Origin: Planctomycetota bacterium
Lineage (GTDB): Bacteria; Planctomycetota; UBA11346
Length of the DNA stretch: 64,000 bases
Assembly (NCBI GenBank): GCA_028280785.1
Contig: JANQLF010000278.1
Coordinates: 2,671-66,670 of the forward strand
Reading direction: 5' to 3'
Part shown: in pieces, positions 55,912 through 64,000 of the stretch
Position numbering within the stretch: the first letter of the stretch is position 1
How the letters are laid out: every line of letters begins with the position of its first letter
Position numbers and translations under genes: made by a program
The notes under the pieces: generated by a model
Told to the model about the DNA's origin: nothing
Seen by the model: the letters and a program-made list of their open reading frames with translations, nothing else
Database searches by the model: none

Positions 55912-56634
55912 ATGAGCTTACTCGAAAAACACAGCGACAAAGTCGACGAATTTATCCGCGTCTGCCATCACTTGGCAGCCCATCAATACGTAACAGGCCA
56001 TGGCGGTAACTTGGCATGGAAATTGGAAGAAGATGTGGTTTTGATCACACCGACCCAATGCAATAAGGGCGATGTGAACCGCGACAATGTGGTCTTTTTA
56101 AATACCAAGGGTGAAAAACTCGAGGGCACACACCGACCCACTGGCGAAACACCGATGTATGTGAATTTCTTCCGCGAGCGCCCAGATGTGCAATCGGTTC
56201 TGCATTGCCACCCGCCGCACACTAATTCCTTTGCAATTACCGAAGGTGAAAATTGGTTGATGAAGCCGCTCTACCCAGAGACCATTACCGAAGTCGGTCC
56301 CGTTCCGGTTGTTCCTTATGGTGAGCCATTAACCCAACGCTTGGCTGATAACTTTTTACCCTTCGTTAAAAAATATAATGCCTTCTTAATGGAAAATCAT
56401 GGCTTGGTAATCATGACCCATGGTGACATTAAGTGGACGCAGATGTGTACTGACTTATTAGAGATGACTGCCAAGCATATTATTGGTGCGATGGCGCTTG
56501 GCGCTGGCATTAAAGAAGTTGCTTATGAGGATGTTAAAAATCTGGGCAACGTCATGAGTACACGCGGTCTACCATTATTTGGTGCACCGGGCGAGCATGC
56601 GAGTTTAGAAGATATTTATTTCGGTAAAAAATAA
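55912..56634 (+). CDS. Class II aldolase/adducin-family protein (fuculose-phosphate-aldolase-like)
   Basis: GHGGNLAW, SVLHCHPPHTNSF and FLMENHGLVIM are the zinc-ligand His motifs of class II aldolases. The gene is divergent from the DeoR regulator. Confidence 0.8.
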   Translation: MSLLEKHSDKVDEFIRVCHHLAAHQYVTGHGGNLAWKLEEDVVLITPTQCNKGDVNRDNVVFLNTKGEKLEGTHRPTGETPMYVNFFRERPDVQSVLHCHPPHTNSFAITEGENWLMKPLYPETITEVGPVPVVPYGEPLTQRLADNFLPFVKKYNAFLMENHGLVIMTHGDIKWTQMCTDLLEMTAKHIIGAMALGAGIKEVAYEDVKNLGNVMSTRGLPLFGAPGEHASLEDIYFGKK

Positions 56635-56655
56635 GTAGTCAAAAAAGGAACAAAC

Positions 56656-57474
56656 ATGGATTGGGTCGGCCTCAAAGAAAAAACAGTCATGGTAACCGGT
56701 GGCGCGCTTGGCATTGGTCGCGCGATTATTGACGGACTTGCTGAAGTCGGTGCTAATATTGTTGTGGCCGATTTTAATGAAGAGGTCGGCAATAAAGCCG
56801 TTGCCGAAATAAAAGAACAATACGGCGTGAATGCGCTGTTTGCCCCTTGTAACGTTGCCGACAAAGCGATGGTCGACGCAGCAGTTGATGCCGCGGTTAG
56901 CGAATTTGGCCGCTTAGACGTCTTGGTTAATAATGCTGGTATTAATATTCCGCGCTTATTAGTTGACCCTGATGGTAAAGAAGAACTAAGCGAAGACGTT
57001 TGGGACAAAGTCGTCACGATTAATATGAAGGGCCAATTTTTATGCGCCCAAGCTGCTGCACGCGCCATGCTTAAAGACGGTAAAGGCGGCGTTATTATTA
57101 TGACCAACAGCGAATCCGGGATGGAAGGCAGTGAAGGCCAGAGTGTTTACGCCGCTACCAAAGCAGCGGGCTATAATATGACCCGTTCGTGGGCCAAAGA
57201 ATTAGGTAAGCACGGTGTTCGCGTGGTAGGTGTTGCTCCAGGTATTATGGAAGCAACCGCACTACGTAATGACGAATACGAGCGCGCGCTTGCCTATACA
57301 CGTGGCATCACTGTTGACCAATTACGCGCCTCTTATGAAAAAGTCAGCATTCCATTAGCACGTGCCGGTAAATTAAAAGAAGTCGCTGATTTAGTGGTTT
57401 TCTTAGCCAGCGATCGTGGAGCTTATATTCACGGTACGACGGTTAATATTTCTGGCGGTAAATCACGAGCCTAA
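56656..57474 (+). CDS. Short-chain dehydrogenase/reductase (SDR)
   Basis: It has the cofactor motif VTGGALGIGRA, NNAG, and the catalytic YAATKAA. Confidence 0.9.
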   Translation: MDWVGLKEKTVMVTGGALGIGRAIIDGLAEVGANIVVADFNEEVGNKAVAEIKEQYGVNALFAPCNVADKAMVDAAVDAAVSEFGRLDVLVNNAGINIPRLLVDPDGKEELSEDVWDKVVTINMKGQFLCAQAAARAMLKDGKGGVIIMTNSESGMEGSEGQSVYAATKAAGYNMTRSWAKELGKHGVRVVGVAPGIMEATALRNDEYERALAYTRGITVDQLRASYEKVSIPLARAGKLKEVADLVVFLASDRGAYIHGTTVNISGGKSRA

Positions 57475-57475
57475 G

Positions 57476-57856
57476 ATGGCTGACCCGCGTAACGGTAAAA
57501 CGACTATAAAAAGTGAACGTCCTTGGGGCGATATTCACATGCTGGTGCGTAATCAAGAATGCAGCGTGGATTTAACCCATGTCAAAGTAGGCGAACGCTC
57601 GAGTTTGCATTCACATCAAGTCCGTTACGAGTTATTTCATCTACTAGATGACGGTGCCTGCATAGAGATTGATGGTGAAATAATAAAACCCAAAGCCAAC
57701 GACGAAGTTCTAGTAGAGCCAGGCCAACAACATCGTTTTTGGGCTGAAGAGCACGATTTTCGCATGTTGGTCGTGTGTTTTGGTAATTGGACAGTTGAAG
57801 ATCAAATACGCCATGAAGATGATTATGGACGCGAGGGCGCACCTTTAGATATCTAA
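57476..57856 (+). CDS. Cupin-domain protein (mannose-6-phosphate-isomerase-type cupin)
   Basis: ATG 57476 lies 1 nt after the SDR stop. GERSSLHSHQVRYELFHLL...VEPGQQHRFWA are cupin motifs 1 and 2. Confidence 0.7.
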   Translation: MADPRNGKTTIKSERPWGDIHMLVRNQECSVDLTHVKVGERSSLHSHQVRYELFHLLDDGACIEIDGEIIKPKANDEVLVEPGQQHRFWAEEHDFRMLVVCFGNWTVEDQIRHEDDYGREGAPLDI

Positions 57857-57890
57857 TTGATTAGCACCTCGATTTATGTAATTTAATAGG

Positions 57891-58922
57891 GTGAGTAATA
57901 TAGAAATTACCCCTGTTTATAGGTATCATAATCACTGCATAGAGCCCAAGCTGTATAAAAAATGGGAAATTTCTTTTGGCAAAGACATTCAGTCAATTGC
58001 TTGTATTGACAGAAATGTACTAGTACTTTTAGAGGAAAAAAATTACATTGATACCGGAAACACCTCAACTGTTGGATTGAGTTTAATAAACGGGCAAGAA
58101 AAATGGACTTTAAATGGTAATTCCGATTTACAATATTTAAATAATTATTTCATTTATTACTCAGATTCAGACATGGAATTAAGAAAGCCTGATGACGGCG
58201 GTGTCGTGTCATCTCTACCCCTAGGTAAATTACCAGGCCGAAACTTCAATAGAAATTCATTAACATTATATCGAGAAGAAGATGGTCCAATAGACATATA
58301 TGAAATCCCAAGATTTGAAATAGTACAAACACGCCCTGTTTTTTCTGGTTGGACTATTGTGGGAGATAAGTCAGTTATAGTTGAGGAAAAGAACAATGAC
58401 TTAAAAGTGTTTTCCGATGTATATTTAACAAATGAAATCTTTTCAATCCCTATGATTCAAGAGATCTTAGGGTCTAATGGGAATGTTGTGCTAGCCCTTA
58501 AGCGAGGAGAAGATAGACGGGTTGTGCTGATTGATGTGAACAAGCTAGAGATTATTTGGGAAATTGATATCGAAGAGTATTACTATTTTACCCTGACCGG
58601 TGATAGATGTCTTTGCTATGGAGGAATATCCAAAATGAAGTGTATTGAACTCGGTAATGGAAAAATATGTTGGGAAAATGAGTTGGAATATAGCACGAGG
58701 ACCGAATCTGGAGTAGTGTCAGGGCCAAATTTATGGGTTTCTGATAAAGACTCATACCAAGGAAATTTCCTTCGGTGTTATGATATAGAAACAGGAGAGC
58801 TGAAATATGAGAGAGAGTTTAAATCTAGAATACTAATTGTAGCAGCAGCGTTTGATAGATTGTTGGTACAAACCAGAAGCAAAGTAATATGCCTCGGACC
58901 TAGAAAGAGTGAACTTGGATGA
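57891..58922 (+). CDS. Hypothetical protein, possibly a PQQ/BamB-like beta-propeller, in a visibly AT-rich gene
   Basis: A GTG start is implied, because an in-frame stop lies at 57879-57881 and the first ATG is about 95 codons downstream. Recurrent G-x-x-x-W strand motifs are present (QEKWTL, EIIWEI, KICWEN). There is no signal peptide. Confidence 0.45.
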   Translation: MSNIEITPVYRYHNHCIEPKLYKKWEISFGKDIQSIACIDRNVLVLLEEKNYIDTGNTSTVGLSLINGQEKWTLNGNSDLQYLNNYFIYYSDSDMELRKPDDGGVVSSLPLGKLPGRNFNRNSLTLYREEDGPIDIYEIPRFEIVQTRPVFSGWTIVGDKSVIVEEKNNDLKVFSDVYLTNEIFSIPMIQEILGSNGNVVLALKRGEDRRVVLIDVNKLEIIWEIDIEEYYYFTLTGDRCLCYGGISKMKCIELGNGKICWENELEYSTRTESGVVSGPNLWVSDKDSYQGNFLRCYDIETGELKYEREFKSRILIVAAAFDRLLVQTRSKVICLGPRKSELG

Positions 58923-58969
58923 GGGCAGGTTGGAAAAATTGTGAACACATAATTAATCGCAGCGTTTAA

Positions 58970-59500
58970 ATGTGTATGAACAAAGCGCTCATTGTAATTC
59001 TTAGCATTCCATGTGCTTGTCTGATTGCAGGCATTTACGGAATTTTGCATAACCAAATTTCCTATACGGTGAGCAGCGAATACTTTACCCATTTTAAATT
59101 CCAACAATTTGGCCTGATTCATTTTTATGATCGTTTAGGTGCAGCATTGGTCGGTTGGGCGGCATCGTGGTGGATGGGTGGGGTCACAGCTATTCTTTTT
59201 ATTCCGCTTACGCTGGGAATTTCAGAACCGAGACAAACGATGAATGCTTTGATCCGCGGTATTGGGATTGTTTTAGCGTGTGCTCTGAGCATGGGACTGA
59301 TTGCCTTGCTATGGGCGTTGACTGCAATCGATGATCAATTTGCGCCACATTACCAAGTGCCCGAAGGCGTCAGCAATCGCGCTGCGTTTTTACAAGCTGG
59401 GACCATGCACAATTATTCGTACCTCGGCGCATTTATAGGCATAGGTATTGGAATGTGGTACATAAGAAATTTTAGAAAAGCGCGGAAGTCGTTAAAATAA
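58970..59500 (+). CDS. Hypothetical integral membrane protein
   Basis: It has four hydrophobic helices. I recognise no family. Confidence 0.5.
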   Translation: MCMNKALIVILSIPCACLIAGIYGILHNQISYTVSSEYFTHFKFQQFGLIHFYDRLGAALVGWAASWWMGGVTAILFIPLTLGISEPRQTMNALIRGIGIVLACALSMGLIALLWALTAIDDQFAPHYQVPEGVSNRAAFLQAGTMHNYSYLGAFIGIGIGMWYIRNFRKARKSLK

Positions 59501-59502
59501 AC

Positions 59503-60852
59503 TTAGGATTCGAGTACAATAGTAAGCTTCGATAGAATAGTCGAAAGCCACCTGTATGCGGGTGAATTAATGGAATGATGATGCTCTAAAATGCGTTTGT
59601 ACATCTGTTCTACCATTTCCGGTTCACTATTAAAAACATCGTGTAATTCGTCTGGATCGTTTTTGGTATTAAATAAGCGGTGCTCTCCAGTTTTGTGTAG
59701 GAACAAGTGCCAATCGCGGGTTATGAGTCCGGCTGCATTAAAACTTGGGTGATGTTGAAAGACTTCGTCAGTCCATGCTTGCGTGGTTCCATGCAATAAA
59801 TCGACCATGCTACGACCGGCACTTTGAGCGGGGACAGAGACGTCGCCTAATTCACAGAGCGTGTTAACTAAATCATTTTGTGTGCAGTACTGTTCCAACT
59901 GTGTACCCGCTTTGATTTTTTCTGGATAGCGAATTAAGCATGGCACATTGTAGGCAGAGCGGTACATGGAATTTTTACCCATGAGACCATGCTCACCGAG
60001 ATATTCACCGTGATCAGCGGTAAATAAAATAAGCGTATTATCGAGCTCTTCTTGCTCTTCTAAGCATTTCAACAAGCGACCGACATTATCATCAATGCAA
60101 GAAACCATGCCTAAATATTTGGCTTTTTCGCGTTGTAATCGTTTTAGGTTTTGCTGGTCACGAAATCCACAATTATAATCGTTGAGTTTAATCCAGCTTG
60201 GGCGCTGTTCATCATGTAAGGATTCAGGTAACAACATATCATCTGGATTGTACATTGAGGCGTAGGGCTCGCGCACCTCAAAAGGTGAATGTGGATCGGG
60301 TATAGAGAGCATGACGCAAAAGGGACGATCATCATCGCGTTTAATAATATCCAAACATTTATCAGTTAAATAATCGGTGGTAAATTCTTCAGGTGCTTCG
60401 GCAACATCGGTGCTAATACCAGGTTCGCCAATCTGTGGGCGATCAAACATTTTTTTCCAATGGCCACGATTAAACATGTGTGCCGTATCATCAAAACCAA
60501 AGCCGCGCTGAGGATGTATAAACCCAGGACGCAGCGAACCATCTAAATGCCATTTACCAACATAGGCTGTGCGATAGCCAGCGTCGCGGAATTGCATGGC
60601 CCATGTTTGTGCGTCGTTATTTAATGGAATATTATTTAAATAGGCTCCATGTTGGTGCGGATATTGACCGGTCATTAAACAACCGCGCGACGGTGTACAG
60701 ACGGCGCTGACGGTATGACAATGATGTAACGCGGCACCTTCATGGGCAATGCGATCGAGATGCGGGGTTTGAATTTCGGTAGCACCGTGAGCGCCTACGC
60801 TCCAGGTGGCTTGTTGGTCGGTGTGAATGACTAAAATGTTTGCGCGTTTCAT
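59503..60852 (-). CDS. Sulfatase (formylglycine-dependent)
   Basis: The N-terminal NILVIHTDQ and the CTPSRGCLMTGQYP motif (C-x-P-x-R FGly signature) are present, along with FTADHGE. Confidence 0.9.
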   Translation of the reverse strand: MKRANILVIHTDQQATWSVGAHGATEIQTPHLDRIAHEGAALHHCHTVSAVCTPSRGCLMTGQYPHQHGAYLNNIPLNNDAQTWAMQFRDAGYRTAYVGKWHLDGSLRPGFIHPQRGFGFDDTAHMFNRGHWKKMFDRPQIGEPGISTDVAEAPEEFTTDYLTDKCLDIIKRDDDRPFCVMLSIPDPHSPFEVREPYASMYNPDDMLLPESLHDEQRPSWIKLNDYNCGFRDQQNLKRLQREKAKYLGMVSCIDDNVGRLLKCLEEQEELDNTLILFTADHGEYLGEHGLMGKNSMYRSAYNVPCLIRYPEKIKAGTQLEQYCTQNDLVNTLCELGDVSVPAQSAGRSMVDLLHGTTQAWTDEVFQHHPSFNAAGLITRDWHLFLHKTGEHRLFNTKNDPDELHDVFNSEPEMVEQMYKRILEHHHSINSPAYRWLSTILSKLTIVLES

Positions 60853-60941
60853 AGACTACCCCGTATTTAGATGCGTTGATATTATAATAGCTGTTAAATA
60901 TTAGTGTTTTCAATAGGTTTTATGTTGCTATAACCAGGGAA

Positions 60942-61736
60942 ATGTTGCAAAGATCATCACGTATGTTGAGCCCGGGCGAGAAAGATTCATTTCTCAGCGG
61001 TGAAGTTTTTGTACGCATGGCCCATGTGTATCGAGATGACGACCAGTTTCAGGCAATGCGAACCTCTGCACAAGGCTTGCTGTGTGTGCTCAGTGGCTCG
61101 GGACAACTCATGTGTAACGATCAGGAATTAATCTTACACAAAGATCAGTATTTTCGTTATACCCCAGGTATGCGTCTACACTGGTCTGCAGACAAGGTGT
61201 GCTTATTGCGATTTACAGTTAAAGGAAGTAGAGCAGCAAAACGCCTTGACCAAGCACAGATTCTAGCAGCTCGGGTTAATCACATGCCAGCGATGACATC
61301 ACGCTTGCTAATGCAACGCATGCAGCAAATCATTGATGGGCAACAACGCTTAAGCAGATCTTTTCCCATTGCCTTTGCCTGGGAAATTATTGACAGCTTG
61401 AGTACGCCAGTTTATGAGGCTATTGATCACGCTTTGATCATTAAAGAACTCATAGAAGAATCATTTCACCAAAATATTCACATCAACGAATTAGCTAGCC
61501 GGCTCGATGTAGATCGCAGCACTCTATTCCGCCAATTTAAAAAACGTTTTGGTCAGTCACCGAAGGCGTTCTTAGATCAGCTGCGCTTTACGCAGGCACA
61601 GCGTTTGTTGCTAGAAAGTAAATTGTCGATTACTGCGATTGCCGCACAAAGTGGTTTTAATGACCCAGAACATTTTAGTAGGCGCTTCCGCAGCGAATTT
61701 GGGATGCAACCTAGTCAGTGGCGTAATAAACACTAA
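60942..61736 (+). CDS. AraC-family transcriptional regulator
   Basis: It has a C-terminal double HTH (INELASRLDVDRSTLFRQFKKRFGQSPKAFL...ITAIAAQSGFNDPEHFSRRFRSEFGMQPSQWR) and a cupin-like N-terminus. It is divergent from the sulfatase gene. Confidence 0.85.
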   Translation: MLQRSSRMLSPGEKDSFLSGEVFVRMAHVYRDDDQFQAMRTSAQGLLCVLSGSGQLMCNDQELILHKDQYFRYTPGMRLHWSADKVCLLRFTVKGSRAAKRLDQAQILAARVNHMPAMTSRLLMQRMQQIIDGQQRLSRSFPIAFAWEIIDSLSTPVYEAIDHALIIKELIEESFHQNIHINELASRLDVDRSTLFRQFKKRFGQSPKAFLDQLRFTQAQRLLLESKLSITAIAAQSGFNDPEHFSRRFRSEFGMQPSQWRNKH

Positions 61737-61745
61737 GATAATACT

Positions 61746-62570
61746 ATGACTACATTGAATGCCTCACGTTTGATTCTCGGTGGCCACTCATTTATTGCAG
61801 AACTTGGTAATGACGATGCGCTGTCTTATGATCAACAAGTTGAACTCGTCGCTGCGTGTTTAGATGCAGGTATTAATACTTTTGACACGACCTATGAGCC
61901 CGAGCGCATTGCCTTAGGTAAAATTTTAAATGATTTAAATCGTCGTGATGAAGCGCGCATTATTATTTGGAATTTTTTCATCGCTGAAGATGGCAAACAT
62001 ATTACTGGTCCAAAGCCTTATGCTGCAGAGCATTTAAGTTTGTTTCAGGAACAATTGTTTTCTAATCACATAGATGCGCTTGTCGTTCATCCCATTAATG
62101 ATGAAGAAGATTCCAAGCAAATTGCCTTAGCCAAAACCTGGCAAGAAAATGCTGCCGTATCATCGCTCGGTGTTTGGGGTGCAGGAGCAAATCCACAAGA
62201 ACGATTTGGTGCTGATAATCCATTTAGTTTTGCAGTCATGCCATGTAATATTGCCAATCCGCATAGTGATCAATTTGCAGCCAGCAAAGCAATGGGCTGG
62301 TCGAACCTGGCAACCTCGCCGTTTAATCGCGGTTATTTATTAGATAAAATGTGTAAGATTGCTGGAGAAACGGAGCGCGATCGTGTAGCTGCGGCGATGC
62401 TGCGCTTTAGTGCATTTAGTGAACACATTGATCATGTGATTATTGGTTTGCGCAAAACCGAGTGGATTACAGTCAACTTATCTACAATTGCCCAGGGTCC
62501 GCTTGATGCTGATGAATTAAAATGGCTGCAGGCACTCTATGACGAAGCAAAGCAAGCGGACGCAAACTAG
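61746..62570 (+). CDS. Aldo/keto-reductase-like protein
   Basis: LILGGHSF...ACLDAGINTFDTTYEPE resembles the N-terminus of AKR TIM barrels. The assignment is tentative. Confidence 0.5.
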   Translation: MTTLNASRLILGGHSFIAELGNDDALSYDQQVELVAACLDAGINTFDTTYEPERIALGKILNDLNRRDEARIIIWNFFIAEDGKHITGPKPYAAEHLSLFQEQLFSNHIDALVVHPINDEEDSKQIALAKTWQENAAVSSLGVWGAGANPQERFGADNPFSFAVMPCNIANPHSDQFAASKAMGWSNLATSPFNRGYLLDKMCKIAGETERDRVAAAMLRFSAFSEHIDHVIIGLRKTEWITVNLSTIAQGPLDADELKWLQALYDEAKQADAN

Positions 62571-62601
62571 TATAATCACTGAGACGTAGTAGTTTGCACT
62601 T

Positions 62602-63450
62602 ATGTCAGATGATGCGGTTCGTATTGCAGCAGTAACCTTAAATCCCAAGTACGGTGATATAGACGCCAATAAAAATGCGATCATCGAATGGTTAGAGCAA
62701 GCGGCATCGCGCACGGCTAAATTAGTTGTTTTCCCTGAAGGTATTTTGTCAGGTTATGATTTAGATATTAAAGAGCAGGCTGCATTGCGTTTTGATGACG
62801 ATGCAATTGAAGAAATTGCAAATCGCGCGGAAATACTTGGTTGTATAGCCAGCTTTGGTTTTATTGAACGAACAGACGAAGGTTTTTATGTGTCGCAGGC
62901 CTTTGTCGGTGATGGCGTGCGCATGGTCTATCGTAAATGTCATCGCACGGGCTGGGAAAAAGAACATTGCTTAGCAGGCAATGAATTAGCTATTCAAGAC
63001 TTTGGATTTATGAAAACCGGTACTTTGATTTGTTATGATAGTGCGTTCCCGCAAGCGAGCGAATCATTGGTGCGTAAGGGTGCTGAAGTTTTACTGACAC
63101 CAACCAGTAACGGTATGTGGCTTAAAGATCTTGAACAAGAAGGCGGCAAAGACGCGGTTATTCAAAAACGCAAAGAACACGTGCATTGTTATTGGCGTGC
63201 GCGTTCCTTTGATTATTCGGTGTATTCTTTGTATGTGGAACCGGTCGGTGAAACCAGTAAAGGTGAATTTCATCCAGGTTATGCAGCAATTTTTGGCCCC
63301 GATGGCAAATGCCTGATTGAACGCACCAGTTGTAAAGAGGGTATGATTTCTACCGAAATATATCCGGGACGCTTAGCGCAAATGCGCAACGATGGCATTG
63401 GACATTATAAAGTTTTGGATGATGCGCGGCCCGAATTGTATGGTTTATAG
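62602..63450 (+). CDS. Carbon-nitrogen hydrolase (nitrilase superfamily)
   Basis: The Glu-Lys-Cys triad context is VVFPEG, YRKCH and GTLICYDSAFP. Confidence 0.8.
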   Translation: MSDDAVRIAAVTLNPKYGDIDANKNAIIEWLEQAASRTAKLVVFPEGILSGYDLDIKEQAALRFDDDAIEEIANRAEILGCIASFGFIERTDEGFYVSQAFVGDGVRMVYRKCHRTGWEKEHCLAGNELAIQDFGFMKTGTLICYDSAFPQASESLVRKGAEVLLTPTSNGMWLKDLEQEGGKDAVIQKRKEHVHCYWRARSFDYSVYSLYVEPVGETSKGEFHPGYAAIFGPDGKCLIERTSCKEGMISTEIYPGRLAQMRNDGIGHYKVLDDARPELYGL

Positions 63451-63551
63451 CTAACTGGTATGAGTATTGGCCTTGGCTTTAGTCTTAGTGTGGTGATTCG
63501 TTCTCTAAAAGGAGCGTAGCGACGGACTCATACTAAGACAAAGACTTATCC
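63451..63551. repeat. Intergenic nested-palindrome repeat, family 2, copy 2 (opposite orientation to copy 1)
   Basis: It starts right after the nitrilase stop. ctaactggtatgagt is identical to the reverse complement of 1006-1020. The remainder (..ccttggctttagtcttagtg..) is roughly three-quarters identical by eye. The distal arm ggactcatactaagacaaagacttatcc pairs back. Confidence 0.75.
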
Positions 63552-63571
63552 TATTTTGCCAGAACTATTAT

Positions 63572-63859
63572 TTAAGTTTTTGGCATCTCAAATATTTCGA
63601 TACTACCACCATGGGTGACGACAGGATGCTTTTCGAGTAATTCCTGCAGTGCTGCATAATCATCGGCGTCAAAACGCATAAAGCCTCCGAGATACGCACC
63701 TGAATCATGTGATGTCTCTTTACCGATGCATTGACGATCGGAAATGGCACTGCCACCGCGAAACATACCGCTTTGGGATGCCAGTTCAAAAAATGCTTCC
63801 CAAGCACGTGTTGAGATTTCACGTTCATTATTTTTTTGAATTAATATGAGGTATTGCAT
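63572..63859 (-). CDS. YciI-like small protein
   Basis: At 95 aa, MQYLILI...WEAFFELASQSGMFRGG...HPVVTHGGSIEIFEM resembles YCII-domain proteins. Confidence 0.55.
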   Translation of the reverse strand: MQYLILIQKNNEREISTRAWEAFFELASQSGMFRGGSAISDRQCIGKETSHDSGAYLGGFMRFDADDYAALQELLEKHPVVTHGGSIEIFEMPKT

Positions 63860-63860
63860 A

Positions 63861-64000
63861 TCAGCTGATTAATTCCTCGACACGTTTAATCATATTACCC
63901 ATTAAATTCTCAATAACAGCGTCGGCATCTGCCTGGGTACAATTACGTGGATTAAATTCAGGGGCAATGTCAGCTTCGGAATGTAAGATGCCGGTTTCAT
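63861..64000 (-). CDS. C-terminal fragment of an unidentified protein (start outside window)
   Basis: The minus-strand frame stays open to the window edge and ends with TGA at 63861-63863 (...DAVIENLMGNMIKRVEELIS-stop), 1 nt from the YciI-like start. It is absent from the ORF track because no ATG lies inside the window. Confidence 0.45.
   Translation of the reverse strand, partial: ETGILHSEADIAPEFNPRNCTQADADAVIENLMGNMIKRVEELIS

Noticed and set aside
1-64000. Search for CRISPR arrays, tRNA/rRNA genes, transposases, integrases and prophage genes
   Set aside because: I recognised no regularly spaced direct repeats, no cloverleaf-compatible sequence in the larger intergenic gaps, and no recombinase-like translation. 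The AT-rich patches therefore lack defined mobile-element boundaries.

Overview
64 kb of a moderately AT-rich bacterial chromosome, densely coded and mostly core metabolism and housekeeping. Recognisable genes are a two-component pair, hom, parA/parB with two perfect parS sites, ppdK, dnaN, proC, hisB, a trmJ-like methyltransferase, lysC, thrS and glpM. Accessory genes include two tandem GGDEF cyclases, an ECF sigma/FecR pair facing a 1396-aa secreted DUF1593-PKD-LamG protein, and a seven-gene MoxR/DUF58/vWA (Bat-like) operon ending in a 1201-aa protein. There is also a DeoR/aldolase/SDR/cupin sugar cluster, a sulfatase, an AraC regulator, a nitrilase-superfamily hydrolase and a metzincin protease. 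The gene content (sulfatase, ECF/FecR/LamG, Bat operon, PPDK) loosely suggests a marine PVC-type organism such as Lentisphaerae or Verrucomicrobia, but that is only a guess. I recognised no rRNA, tRNA, CRISPR array, transposase or integrase. Six things deserve a second look. (1) At 27.5-31.1 kb, a small protein ending in a MoaD/ThiS-like ...LVGG is translationally coupled to a ~960-aa DUF4132-type protein behind a highly structured leader. (2) At 1.0-2.0 kb, four small genes are chained by ATGA/GTGA overlaps, and two adjacent products share an identical 14-aa N-terminus maintained only by synonymous changes. (3) Two families of intergenic nested-palindrome repeats are present. (4) PPDK carries a Lys/Ala-rich C-terminal tail. 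(5) ThrRS has a His/Asp/Cys-rich insertion next to its zinc-site motif. (6) A visibly AT-rich island lies next to dnaN. All functional calls come from reading the supplied translations and recalling motifs; no database search was run.
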